In this document: piece by piece, positions 39,465 to 53,403 of the stretch
How the letters are laid out: each line of letters begins with the position of its first letter
Numbering within the stretch: the first letter of the stretch is position 1
Assembly: GCA_037379345.1 (NCBI GenBank)
Contig: CM074512.1
Span: 62,207,597-62,271,596, forward strand
Length of the DNA: 64,000 nt
Source of the DNA: Perna viridis
Lineage: Eukaryota
Direction: 5' to 3'
The notes under the pieces: model-generated
Told to the model about the DNA's origin: nothing
Databases searched by the model: none
What the model saw: only the letters and a program-made list of their open reading frames with translations
Position numbers and translations under genes: made by a program

Positions 39465-41624
39465 GTTGTTCTTTTAGCCAAATAGTTTTTATGGTTCCTA
39501 CGTCTGGGAATTAAATTGGTCTTAATCTAATTAACACGATTAATTCAAGTACCAATATTGCGAACAACTAGAATACTCAACATAACACTTTGAAAGCAAC
39601 GATTCATATACAACTAGCCAACAATTAAGTTAAAATGAAGTACCATTTTTTAGCCAAAACCGTTTAGGGCTTGCCCGACGCACTGTTACCCTGACTGGAT
39701 TGACCTGATGCACTGGTACTTGACTGGTAACATCCGTGTTTTCGCGCTGGCGTGATGCACTGGTATCACGACTGGTGTCATCTATCTACTTTGCTTTATA
39801 TTGTGAAAATAAGTATAGTCTTAAAACTCCTTTGTTTACTGGTCCTTCAATTCCATTTTATTTATTGGTATTTAGACGGTGGGTGGTTGTCTGCAAGGTT
39901 GTCTGCAAGGCATATGTTTCAGACCTGCCGGTGAGACGATGCAATGCTTGCAGTTGTTTGAAGGAGAAGGCATTTTAAGCCGTATTTTGGAATGATATTT
40001 TCTCAAGGTAGTACGTGGATGGACTGTTTGATTTTTAGTTGATGCTAAATGTTAAACTGTCTAATACAACCAACTGTTTCTGATATCTTATTTATCATAT
40101 TTTAGAAAGTATTGCATCCTGATGCATTTATCTGTACCAAATGCCTTTACTTTAGAATTTTGCAGAGATTGCGTTATAGCTGATCTCTTTGGAGCATTGA
40201 ACTTTACCTTGAGTTGAGGAGGGTTGTAAATGATAATAAGAAGGTTCGATGTACAGTTTCAAATCTATCGCACGGAACGACCTTAGAACGCTAGAATCAA
40301 ACACAAAGAGATTTTTATTATACAAATTTAGTACGCTTGTAATCTTCTTAAAATGGTTTTAAAGTAATGCTTTCGTCCTTTTTCTGTTGACAATTATTAG
40401 TTTAATGTTTTATCCTGATCTAACATCAGATGAAATGCATTTTTCGCAAATGTAGAGATATTAAAGAGATTTCTTAATTAAGAAGAAAATTTCAATAATT
40501 AAGCCCATTTCCAAAGCTAGTTATTTGCTGTCAAGCTCTGAAACAATCTCTTCTCACCTGGATTTTTACCTGGGCAGGTAATTACCAACGACAGCTAATG
40601 GAATGCCCAGTACATCACTCCAACCGATTAATATAGGGATCAGGTTCTGAAATCTCATTAAAATACCGCCGATATTCTCATTTTCCATAAAACTGTAGGT
40701 GGGAATCTTACTTTAATAACACATTCTTAACATGTGATTCACAGCCAGGATTTATATACACCAATATAAGATGCAGAGCTCAGGCAGTTTAAGTAAACAC
40801 GGCATTTGAAGTTAAGACAACAGAGTTCGACTGAAAACAATTTCCAACGTACAATGCTGCACAATTTTACCCGACATGGGTCACTCGTTTTGAAAAGTTT
40901 CTTAAATTAAGATCAGAAAATTAACTAGAAAGTCACCATCAAGACACCTGTGTTAATCATTAAGCAGTTTGTATTACCATACAGGTATAAAAATTCATCA
41001 TACATTTTAGATTAATTTTATCAATTCAGATAGATATATATATATATATTAAGTAGACACCTGCACATGGACTCAAATAATCAAGCGTTTATTTTGGTTT
41101 ATGCATAAATTACAACAAAGTAAGTTAAAATATGGAAATCGCCCCCATGGGAGATAACTTGGGTTCCAAATATTTGTACCTTTTATTCACTGGGTCTTTG
41201 TACAAGTGTACTTATTGACCCAATATTACAAAAATCCCGAAAGCTCATAACGACTTAAAGTATTGGAACCAAAATGTGGCGTGTTAATGTTATTCAATAC
41301 ATCAGAACTTCAATCCTTACAGATCTTAGTTAAAACTTCCTCCCAATATATAGCTTGCTAGATTAGCTTCTAAATAACAGCTCGTCAAGGACCATAACTG
41401 CTTTTATGATGCTTCGTAACTTATATTCTGGATGCACTAAACCATTTAATGTACCCATAAATCTGGTCTCTTTTTATGATCCATTCACCCAGAAAAAACA
41501 AATGTACCTTAGCGATTCTGTCATCCTGTCAAGTTCTGTCCTTCAGTCGTCATGTTTAGACTATTAACTGCCTTTTTTAAAATAAATTATGAATAATATA
41601 GGATAGGGTATGCTTGATTGTTTA

Positions 41625-41803
41625 CAGTGGTGGATCCAGGAGGGGACGGGGGCCCGGCTGCCCCCCCCACCCTTAGAAAAACATTGTTTAAAATTGTGTG
41701 TGTTAAAACATAAAAAAACATTTACTTCGTGATCCTAGCGGGTAATTCTGTCAAGAATTTTTTTGCGCCCCCCCCCTTACCTAAAACTCTGAATTCCGCA
41801 CTG
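41625..41803. mobile_element. MITE family A, third subfamily
   Basis: CAGTGGTGGATCCAG ... CTGAATTCCGCACTG flanked by GTTTA/GTTTA. Confidence 0.8.
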
Positions 41804-41984
41804 GTTTAGCATCTGATACTCCATTACTTTCATACGCCAGTCCAAGATAACATTCAAGCAGATCCTCAGTTTTCTCTTCTATTAGGCTTCAAAAATATCG
41901 ACATAGAACGAAACAAATTTGATGTTTGGTACTAAGATACTGTCGAGAAGTTTGTTTAATGGTTATATCCCTAATACATGTATA

Positions 41985-42157
41985 TAGTAAACCCTGCCTA
42001 AACCGAACTCCTTTTCTTAGAATTCGCTCGGTTTAAACAGGTGTTCGGTTTATCCAGCTTCAATATACATTTAGACTGACACGATGGGACTTCAAAACTT
42101 GCTTGGTTTAAACAGGTTTTCGGTTTATTCAGGGTTCAGTTGATACAGGTTTCACTG
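41985..42157. mobile_element. Tc1/mariner-pogo-type MITE
   Basis: TA|TAGTAAACCCTG ... CAGGTTTCACTG|TA with repeated CGGTTTA/CAGG subterminal motifs. A related left end lies at ~21805. Confidence 0.7.
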
Positions 42158-45100
42158 TATACCATCCCAAGGAAAAAAAGGTTCTTCGAACAGACACCTA
42201 CGTCCTGCTGTACTTGATATTCTGTGCACACCAGAAACTTCAAATACCTATCCCGACTAAGTTTCTATGTTTTATTCATACAGATGATTCGAGACAAGTT
42301 AATCTTTTCATGCATACTTGAGCGCAGTTACTGTTTTAAGGATGAAAATGCATATCACTCCACTCAAGCTTATATTGGAAGTCAAGTAGGTGCAAATTTT
42401 AATGTCTTTTTATATCATTGAATATTGTAAGTCGTTGTATATAGCTATGGTCCAATACACAAACGAGCGAAAAGTGAAATTTAAGTCTCAATTTGTCAAA
42501 TGGTTAGATTCCATAGAAGATTTTTGATTTAGTAACTACAGGACACCGATATAAAATCTAATTTAACATGGATAACGTCGGCCCTCAGGCCAACTATGGC
42601 CTTTATCATGCTTATTGTTCTCAGATCGTAATCGGAATAGAGTACCCAGTTATTTAACCGACAACATTTCTTAGGTAGTCCAATCCGTGTTACATAATTT
42701 CTGAATGGAAAGGGGAGGTACATCCGGTCCAGGACAAGGTAAAAAGGGCACGACCATCAATCAAGTCCGAAATAATCGCCTTGTTATGGTGGATCTCACC
42801 GGGCGGTGTCAATTACACATCTCTAAGCATCGTGCTGACATACCAGTGTACCGCATACTTGATCGATCGTCACAACTCCCTGACAAATGTACCCGATTTC
42901 AAACCCATTATAAAAATAGCCAAATCTCGTAATATGTGAAATTGAATCCTCTCTTTGAAGTGTCATTGTGTTACTAGCATAAGAATACTTGATGATTTGT
43001 CTGCTATTTGAACAATTTCGTTTTCTGGTTTTTATGGAGAATACTGTTAGGTAATTCGTTAGATTAAGTTTTGAGATGGAAAAGATTAACGAAATATAAT
43101 TAGCTTTGACGGATAATCGTGAGCAACACGTCAATGTTTTTGACTAATAGCTAAACATCTGTCTATATGGAGGGACAGAACTGGTACAAAAACTAACATA
43201 GATTGTTTTGAAAATGATTTTAATGGTTGTCATTGCAGTTTAGATAAAAGACACAAAATCCGTAAGAATCGCGTGATCGAGAACTCTATAATGAGCTATG
43301 TTTTGAAAATTAATATAAAATTGCTTAATTGCAAGCATTTATTTAGCTGACTCTTTAACAGCTAAGGTCAATCGGCTTCTATTATTTTTAAGTCTCGATT
43401 TCAAACACCCATGCCATTCACCCATTACAGGCTTTGTTCTCGGATGGGTCAAGGTTACTTTTGGACGTGTCAATGTCACACGTTAGAATCTGACAAAATT
43501 CTTGTGAGCTTACCGACTTTCAAAAGTAGATATCATGGTATACTCTCGCAAAATGTCGTTATCTGCTAACATGAGCGGGTTTCCTTCAACAGCGGCAACA
43601 ACAACAACAAATGAAAATGAAAGCATTACATACTTATCTTCTGCTTTCGCCTTCACAAACAGCTTGAGCATTTTATTTTTAGGAAACATTTAATGACCAA
43701 CAAATTAAACTTGCATATCGCAGATATCTTGCATGAACAAGATTTTTTTTATCCCGCGGTTTTCATAATATGCATACTTGAAATTTTGGCCGAATAAAAT
43801 GTAAGTTTGTTTTATGTAGCTCGATTCTTCTTTGTTTTCAATGTAGCTCAAACCTTCTCTGTAGAAGTACTTATACATTTCTGGTTTTAAATTTATTCTT
43901 TATAAAACCACGTTTCCAAATTATATCCGTATTTGTCCATAAACCGTCCCAAAATTATGTTTGTTATCGTGTAAGCCAAATTCTAAATTTTTTACGGCCT
44001 TCAATATCTCCCATGTCTGTACACTGTCCCTTCAAACTTTTACATTATTTCATGTCGAATGACTATCATACCCAATTTTTGACAAACAAGAAAATTTTCT
44101 ACACGCAAGTGCGCGTTGATTACCCTTATTAGAGAGGATATACGTATACAATACAATTACAGGCCATGGCTAGTTATGGCTTGGTTTATTTCTTTAATTA
44201 CAAATGTGAAAATTGAACTGATAAGAGCCCGTTCACGGTCTTAATAAGTTCCTTTAGTCCAGGTCTAAATATTAGGTTCTCCAAAAATAGGAGGTAATTT
44301 CGGTGCAGGAACAAGGGTACACGAAAATGATTTTGTGGTGTTAGCTGATATCTTCTTGTCTCAAGGCTGTACGTTGGCAGTTAACGACCCGAACCTTATC
44401 TCACTTAAAACTTAGAATTTAATAGATTTTAGTAGTTTTGGTTTCGTGTCATTTTTCCTGATGGTATATATATATAGAGTACGATAACTGTCTATACTTG
44501 TAAAGTGTTCGATTGGTTCTGGTTTACAAAACGTTTATTACGATGTCTCGTGACGTAAATCTTCATAGAGCGAACTTTTTGACAAAGGTGCGTTTGTTAT
44601 TTTCGACTGATCTTTTGACGGGCATTCATATATTATGAACTAAGAAAATCTGAACTTCGAATTATTTTTCTCTCTACACCTTTAGTCACTCTTTTACTCC
44701 TAGCCACCACTAAGATCGCACCTAACACTGTCATAATACCGTTTAAATATTATGGACAAGAACAGCATTTGGTTGCTATATCTTCTGTCTGTACCTAACA
44801 CAAATGTCTTATCTGTATGCTGTGGAGTAGATATATAATGATTTCTGAACCACCGAAGCTGTTAATTTACTTGGGCTCCATCTGTTGCCCAGCCGAAGCC
44901 TCTTCCCAACATGGAGCCTATTACCAGACAATTCTGTCTTCTAAATAATCAATTAAAATGTCCGCACCAAATGAACGTTTTGACATTTTGTTTTCACAAA
45001 TCAATTTTCTATGATAATAGTCCCAGGGTTTGTGCATTATAAGGATTATGAGTACTAATTAATAGGAACGCTGTGTTGAATGACATTTCCTTTACTATTG

Positions 45101-46434
45101 CAAAATATTAATAATTCATTTTTTTGTATTTTTTCTTTGTCTGTTTTTGTACTTAATTATGATGTGGTCTCCAATTTGTACTATATATACTATGACACGG
45201 TTTTTAGGGGTTTCGCCCCCTTTTTAGGCCACACACGTCATTTTTCCCGTCAATTAAAGACCCATCACTCTGAAACTATTTTGAAAATTATGACAATGGG
45301 AACTGAAACGTGTATTTTTATCTGTTATTATGTTTTGTCATACAACTTTGCATTTAATTGCCCAGAAAATATCGCTTTTGAAATGCACCAGGGGTGAACT
45401 AAATTGTAAAGAATATGGGCAGTCCATACATGACTGTGAGTCGTAAGAAGCATTCAGCGAGCGCTATTGTTGATTGAAATATATATTGTAAAAGTCAATT
45501 CTATATCAAATGATTGTCATTATATGACAGGGATTTAAGTGATGTAACCTAAATTAATTCCATTTTGGGTCAGCGGGTATCATGAAATTGAAAATTTATT
45601 TCTCAATTATCGAATTATTTTTTTATTCAGTAGCAATCACGTGGGTATCAATATTTTGGCATTTTTCTTGAAAATATTATGACAATTTTACCAGATTTAG
45701 AAATATTGGCAGCGACCATGAATTGAATGAAAACAGTCGTTATTTAAAAATGTATTCTTTATTTACTCGTCACTTGATTCACATGGTCTAGACAAACCAC
45801 CCAATGCTAAAAATATACTGACCCCTTATAGTAAAATAAATAAATCTTGCGTCTATATTATAACATCTTTCTGTACACTGAAAATACAAAAATACCGAAA
45901 GATGGACGTACAAAAAGTACTGCAAAAATCGAGTTATGATGTACATTTACACACACCAGGCGCAGTAAAACATTCCATAAGTGTTGAACCTCAGAAAAGT
46001 ATCATAAATACACCATCATGTAACCAGGAAAACTCCATTACCATTTTGCACTTCAGAACGCATTTCTCTGTTCTAATCTATACGTGTCTTAATAATTTAT
46101 AGTTTTAAAGTACATCAACAGTGTTTTGCATATATATTTCTATTAAGGAAAATCATTGATAGAACAATTTATTTTGCTACCATAGCGACATGTAATATAT
46201 TGCTCCCTAATATGTACAGACAGTCATAAATAATGGAAGTTATTCCAACGGTAAATATAAACAAAAGACAAGAAATCCAACAAAGATCTCAGATTGATAA
46301 TAACTTGCTAAAGCTCAAGTTACTGACAAATCTAGATATGTCATCTGAAATCTATTGTTCTGACACTAGCCGCCATTTTGATATTTGCAAACCAATGAAA
46401 CAAAACACCACAATCTAGATGGCACAGGGCTTAC

Positions 46435-46724
46435 CGATAATTATCTCCCCTAGAAAACGTAGATAATGCCTTTGTTTTAGTCCGTCGTTTGCCTTTCATG
46501 TCACGAGATGTGATACCTATGATAATTGTACATCGTGTAAATCTACTTTTAAGCGTAATAACTAGTTTTTCGCCCATTGTTTTAGTTCTGCTTAATGATT
46601 TTGGGAATTGATAAGCGGTTTGACAAACTTCGTTCCTCAATTTAGAGATAAAAAAAGTTGCATCGCTTACCTCCATGGTGATTAAAAAAAAAAATAGGAC
46701 CAAATGTTTTTTCGTGATTGTCAT
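46435..46724 (-). CDS. Candidate first coding exon of a secreted protein
   Basis: MTITKKHLVLFFFLITMEVSDA looks like a signal peptide (basic n-region, hydrophobic core, S-D-A). The 97-codon frame ends at donor CG|GTAAG. There is an alternative donor GAG|GTAAGC at 46670 after CACCATGG, an E-box GTCACGTG ~95 bp upstream, and a YY1-type CAAAATGGCGGC in the first intron. Confidence 0.4.
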
Positions 46725-49188
46725 CTTCCGTTTACTATCTTCTTCCTCTTATCATTGTACATGTCTATATTCTCTTTATCTCAAGAAATGAGCAGTGTTT
46801 ACATTTAAAACGCACGGCACGTGACCGGTTTATCTGACATACAGTATCATATCTGCATGTGATAGTACGAAACTTAGTACTCAGCGTAAGAAACTTCAGA
46901 AAAGCTTTGATAAAAGTAGATTCGAGTGTTTATTTTAGTGGTAATGGGGACATCAACGCACGTGAAAGAAATATATATATATTGATGAAATACCGATAAC
47001 GGATAATTTAAATTAAATAAAGCAATATTTCAAAACTGATTGCCATTAAAACAATTCAATTTCAAATGGACCGAACAACCATAATTTGTAATTAGAATTA
47101 TTATTTTATTTTTTCAGTTAATGGAAAAGTAATCACATATTCCATTTCTTGCTTTCCTTTCCATTTGCACTTGTTTCGGTGAAAATTATGATAACCACAT
47201 TCACACACTGGAGGCGAATTTGTCAGATTAAAGAGCGATTTGTTTTTAACACATTTTCTCACTCCCATTTAATACTCGTTTCACTTAGTTCTACTTGTTG
47301 ATTTGTGAAATTATTTTTATATATGGGCATATTAGACACCTGTGTTCGTTTCTTTGATGTTCGTCCGCCTGGAGATTCATCCACTCGTAAATAAATAGCG
47401 GAAATAAATTCACCTTTTATGTATCTTGTTGAAATTCAAATTTTGGTACTTCTCAAAAATTTTGTGTCCTAATGCTTTCATTAATCACAATTCTGTCAAC
47501 CGTCATCGAGAAAACGACCTGCTAGGAATGAAATACCCATTACATGGCCTTGTGTTCCGAGAAATATCCCAATAAAACTCAACCTGAAGACCATTTAATG
47601 ATTTTTACATTAATCGGGGTGTTGTTGGTATTGGGGATGACATTGGCAATCCATTGTTTTCAACCAAGTCAAGGAACACATTATTTTCGGTTTCCCAAGC
47701 TTTTTGTTCTTCTTATTGTCAAATAAAGACTCTATAGATGATCGTGTTTTTTTTGGTTAAATTTAACTGACTAGATTCAACCAAACAAGATAGCTGACCA
47801 ATATCTTATTGTGTTTCATTTAAGAAAGTTCTTGGAAAACACTGTCTACTTTGGTTCCAGACTACATCTGGAGGCTACTTTCAAGCCATGACGTTTCCAT
47901 TTTCCTTGTTCCAAATTGTACACACAGATCACAATCTCTTGAAATGAATTCTGCAAAGCAGGTGCGAAAAATATGATATTTCTTCGTGATACATGTACAC
48001 TAAAAGTTACATATCTAAACTCTGTGTACTTTATGAGTGAGACCCAGGACCAGATTTACTCTGGCTTCAAATGATTACTAATGGCTTGCATGTTGTAACG
48101 AGATACCTGTATTTTGTTATGAAACCAAGGCAAGTCGTACCTGTGGAACTTTTTGTAATGATACAATTGATTACATGTTGATAGTGGAATTCCATTTTGT
48201 AGAACACGAGCCGAGGGAATTCTACACGAATAATATGCCCGCGACATCGTTAATTTTTCATTCAGTTCCCTGTCCCAAGGTACTCTATTTTACCATATGT
48301 CATTCAAAACTATTGTAGTCCTTTCAATAGACTCCCAATTGTAGTCTATAAAATAGAAAAATAGAGGTATTCTCTTCAGCAATTAAAGGAACAAATATTG
48401 AGATGTTCGACAATTGTAGTTAACTTTGCATAATGGCGAATTAAACTGGAAGAAATTAAATATTAATATTCTTTCTGCTTTTCAATAGTACACGGTTAGA
48501 AGAAGAGATAGACACGGGAGTATAAAGTGGACCATTTAACTCGTAAAATACACTGCTTCATTAACTTAAAAGTCCTATTCTAATTCTTTGTGATTTATAC
48601 TGATTTGTGTTCATTATCCTTGGCAATTCTATTCTCCTTTACGATCATTTGATTGTATGATAGAAAAAATAAACAGAACTTTTTATATGAGCGAAGGACA
48701 TTTTGAATTCCGTAACAACATTTTTTTTTTATAAAAGGTGATTCGTTGTTTAGACCTGTGATAAATATTATAAATTTACGGTGAAACCATGCTTAACCAT
48801 ACCAAATCCTTTAAGGATTGCTTTTGTCATTTGAACTGCCGTCAATGATAATAGAAAAATTAGTTATTTACTGAAATGCACCGATGAAAGTAAGAAAAAA
48901 AAGAAAAAGGAAGAAAAAGAACAATGAAATAAGATTCTGTATTCCAATCCTGTTCTTGTTCACATGAACTTGCGCAATGAGTTCCCAATTCTGGTGCAAT
49001 TCAAACACTTAGGGAAAGGGATTAAGAATATGTAATTTGTGCGAAAGTATGCTTCCTCTCGTGACCACCCCTTCATCCTTTATTTTTAACTATATATGTG
49101 ATTTTACGACAAAAAAACTGTTACTAAAAGGTTGTAATGTTATAATAACTTCGTTCGATAGTATTAAAGAAATAGATAGATATTGATC

Positions 49189-49305
49189 AATTATGGACTT
49201 TTAACGAAGTCAGTACGTTGTATATGGACCTGTTCAGATTGTATTGACCGAGGACAATCTAACAGGTCTCTATATAACGTATCGATTGAGTGAAAGTTCT
49301 TAATT
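49189..49305. mobile_element. Palindromic non-autonomous element (~53-bp arms, 11-nt loop)
   Basis: AATTATGGACTTT...GACCTGTTCAGATTGT / ACAATCTAACAGGTC...AAAGTTCTTAATT. Confidence 0.7.
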
Positions 49306-49400
49306 TACATATTGCATATGTAGATACTGTATTTTCTTTTTGATTGAGTGAAAGTTCTTAATGTACATATTGCATATGTAGATAATGTATTTTCTTTTTG
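49284..49400. repeat. 58-bp tandem duplication covering the right end of the palindromic element
   Basis: GATTGAGTGAAAGTTCTTAAT...TTTTCTTTTT at 49284 and 49342, 2 mismatches. Confidence 0.9.
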
Positions 49401-51259
49401 TCTGCTTCGTCTGCGCCGCTTCCTCCATGATTGGCTGAGAGTAATTACGGAACAGAACGGTTTATATCCGGATCTAAATTTAGAAGTATAGCGTCAATAT
49501 ATTTAAAATAGAAACAAGGCTTCATGTACGTGGAATATCCTTTGCATCACATGATCATAATAACCAATGAACAAAGAAGACTGTAAACCATATGTAATAT
49601 ATATACAGATATGAACTTCGACGTCAGGCGTTCGCATTTCGAAAGTATAAAATAGATTATGCAGAGCACCATGTTCTAAAAAAGGGAAAATGAAAAGTTG
49701 GACTTTCGCTTGCTTCCCGTAAACAGGAAGCTTACATGTCCTACCACTTATCAAGACCACGTATCTGTATCAGCATTACATTTTGTACAATAACCACGAC
49801 CAATTTACTGTCATAAAAACATCGGTTTTAATACATGTCTTACGTCAAATTTGCCTGGAAATGGTGATGTATGTTCAGAACTGAACTCGGGCCACAAAAC
49901 ATTTCATACATTTTTTTTATAAATCGACCTGAAATAATTAGTGCAACAATTACCAAACGAAAACATTCAGCAATTACAAAAACTTAGATTATTAAAATAA
50001 TTGCTTTCACCAATTAATCATAATTTCCCGTCTGATAAAGCCTCTCATAATAGATTTACCACCAAGACAACATAATGAGCCCGAATGTCATACATAAAAC
50101 CGATCATGTTTTTTAAAGACCGCGTAAGGATAGCCTTAATTGCCCAAAATTGTGTCTTAATAAGAAAATCTCTATTAACAGGATTTTGTTTTTGTGAGAT
50201 AGCGGCCTGTACATTCTACCAACATGACTTGATAAAAGTTTTATCCAATCATTAACGAGTTGAAAATTGTATTCTTTGGTAATTCTCGATCAAATAATAG
50301 ACCATGCTACGAACAATTAGACAATTCATTGAATTCCATAATTACGACATCCGCAGATAAAGGAAGTTAATATAAATTACAAATTCTTCGTGTTTTCACT
50401 CGTGTGAAACGAAACATAACTGAAGTAATTTTTAAAAAATCAAATAAAGTAAAAATTCCATTTTATATATAATAAAACCTAATAAAATTTTATATCTATA
50501 ATGATACATCAGAAAAACTCGCTATAAAAGTATATTAGAAACAAAACCTGTTGAATTGGAACCGGGAAACTCATCATGTTAGTTAACAAAAGCTGTTTTC
50601 TCGTTTCAAATGCTCTTTCATTAGACTCGACTTTAAATGTTTAGTAATTTATTTATAAGTAGTGTTTAGTTGAAAGTATGACGCCTTTATAAGGCATATT
50701 CTTTTGAAAATGTATCGTATACACGCGTTTATTATTCCTCCACAAAAGATACACCGATACTATCGCATATAGTTATAGTAAAATCCCCTTTTTAATAAAT
50801 CGAGACGACCTACTGCCCTACAGTTTTCACACAATGCTTGTGTATTTCGTTCCTTTTTAATAGTTTTCAGTGGTATTTCATTCATAAATATTGAAGCTCT
50901 ATTATTCTGCAAGTTTCAGTGTGTTGATTGTGACCATTTCAAGCTTATCAGAGGTGCTGAATTGATTCAGAACATAATAAAATTTCACAGTGTGGAAAGA
51001 TTACACTGTCTGATCAATGACGGGGTATAGAAAACAAATAAAGGGAAAGTATATCTCAAATAACGAGGGAAAATAGTTGTAAAAAGGCTACGTGAAATTG
51101 TTGACAAACTTTTATTCTAAACAGAAATTATGTGTGGTTTCAAATTTGGAAAAGTATCAAAATTGAAACTGTTGATGATTAAATTTAAATCCAGATCGTG
51201 GCCATTCAGCAGTATGTCGACTGGTATGACGTAGAACATGTCTCGTAAAATAAAATATC

Positions 51260-51409
51260 GGCACTTTGAAAAGGAGGGGTGCCAGCAGGGGTTCCTCAGA
51301 AAAGGGGGTGCTAGGACATTATTTGCCATTTTTGTTGAGTGACAAATTTTCAAATGAAAAAAAAGAGAGGTGCCAACCCCCTCCCCCGCACCCCCTGGAT
51401 CCACAACTG
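51260..51409 (-). mobile_element. MITE family A, reverse-oriented relative of 17106-17289, one end lost
   Basis: GGGGTTCCTCAGAAAAGGGGGTGCTAGGACA core; end CTGGATCCACAACTG. Confidence 0.8.
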
Positions 51410-53287
51410 ACTATGGATTATTTTTTTTCTATTAAGTAGAGCTTCAATTTAGCTATTCCTAGACAACATTGAAAGGAGCATGGTATAGTCCATGTAATTT
51501 GGAAATAGTTGTACCGCAGAAATTGAGCATGGGAACTGACTTGCGCTAAAAAAATCTTGGTTTAAACCATCATTTTCTTAGGAAAAGTCTGGACCATTGC
51601 GATGGTTTCCAACCTTCCTCTTGATATTGCCATTTGTTATATGGACTTTCCCTTGTGAATAATGCGTTTGACTATTGCCTAGAGTTTATCAGTTCGGTTG
51701 TTGTCATCACTCTTCATTTACATATGTCTAAATCTAAACAAGAAACTGCTATGACAAAAGCAGTCAAACATTTACAATAGTATTCCAATATCTGTACTCT
51801 ACATAGAAATGCTTTACATTATGAGATGAAGTGTACAAATTTTGGCGGGAAGTTTTCCTGTCCTTTTTCATAGCGAAATTCGACTACAACTTAGGTCTTT
51901 AAAATATCTACCATCTTTGACGCTGTTTTTTTGTAATGTAGCTTAGACAATCTGAAGGGATTTTTAGGAAGATATTTTTTGTTGTTGCGAAAGTTATGCA
52001 TGCATCACATTGCCTGCTTTTGTATCATAAAAGAGTATATAAAACAGTTAAGTGATTTAGGGGCGATGGGGGCAACCCACTTCCATATTTTATTTTATTT
52101 AACTTGAATTAAATGTTAGACTATAAGATCCATATTTGGTTCAGATTAAAGATACAACGTTCCAATATATGTTACAATAAATAGAAATTATTGTTAATAA
52201 AGATTAATATAAATTACTGCCATTAAAATACAAAAAAAAAATACTTTGCTCATTTAATTTTCATTGATTACTTATTAGATTTCAGAGATAAATTTGCACA
52301 AAACATCGTCATCAGGGACTGTCACAAATGCACTTTAATAAGTATTTTAGACCTGTAGACCCAAACTTAGTTAAAAAAACTTTAAACGGATGAAAACGAA
52401 TACTATCACTATATAATGTTGGAGTTTCCGTTCCTTGTTGTAAACCAACTGTGGGATAGATGTCCGTACGTCTGTACGGAAACAAATTTAGAAGGCACCT
52501 ATGTTCTGATCGAATTTAGATCAATTTTGGTGGGTTTATGAGGTACCATTTGTTCTCTTGATCTTATCACCTGACTATTTTGGTCATGAAACAGGTTGAT
52601 AGCCTGTTGCTATAAAAACGTCATGTCTTTCTTTTATTTTTTGTTTATTCAATATTTTTATAGCAGTTAAATATTTTTTTAAAACAGATGCCCTTAAAAT
52701 AGATCACATTATGCAAGTTAATTTACAAACGATCGTAATTAGCTGTATATGGTTTGTGTAAATACAAATACTGAAGCCATGTGTTGTCAAACATCATCAT
52801 TAAAATTTCATTGTTTATATCGTTAAATACTACAGTATTTCGCATCATTGACTGTTTATCAGCTAGCATCCCATAATCACATGCTGTTAAATATTAAAAT
52901 GTATTGATGATGAAGGCATTTTACAAAAAAAACCCTCAAATTTTCAATGATCAGAAATTCTATCGTTAAGCCAGGAAATATAAATTATGTACTTTTGATC
53001 ACTGTCAGAAATGCTGTATTTCTTCTAATTTACAGAATAATAAAACTTCTTTGGTTACAGTTCATTCATTTTTTTGTTACAAAAAATCATGATCACGATT
53101 AGCACAGAGATCGTTGTTTCAGTTTCTTTTCTTTTTTTTCATCGACCTGTACCTCAACGCTCTACAATTATTGATATTACTCATACGAGGTGCGGAAGAA
53201 CCTGAAAAAAACCCGCAAAAGTGTAAAGAGAGAAATTATAAGAAAAGAGAAAGAGAAGAGACTATAGAAGAGACGAGAAACAAAGGA

Positions 53288-53403
53288 TAGGGGCGGACCC
53301 AGACACTCTAAAAAGGAGGAATGACAGCCGGGGTTCCTCAGAAAAGAGGGTGCTAGGACATTATTAGCATTTTTTTTTGTCACCTCCTCTGGATCTACCA
53401 GTG
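53288..53403 (-). mobile_element. MITE family A, internally deleted, inserted in a purine tract
   Basis: TAGGGGCGGACCCAG ... CTGGATCTACCAGTG with the same core. Flanks AAGGA/AAAGA. Confidence 0.8.

Noticed and set aside
39876-39990. Cys-rich frame GCLQGCLQGICFRP, and ECFTAPGVCKC at ~45950 (-), as EGF-like exons
   Set aside because: The first owes its pattern to a 12-bp tandem duplication. The second is bounded by in-frame stops.
48056-48247. 63-aa minus-strand ORF ending at a GTAAAT donor-like site
   Set aside because: Weak acceptor and no recognisable product. It cannot be told apart from chance.
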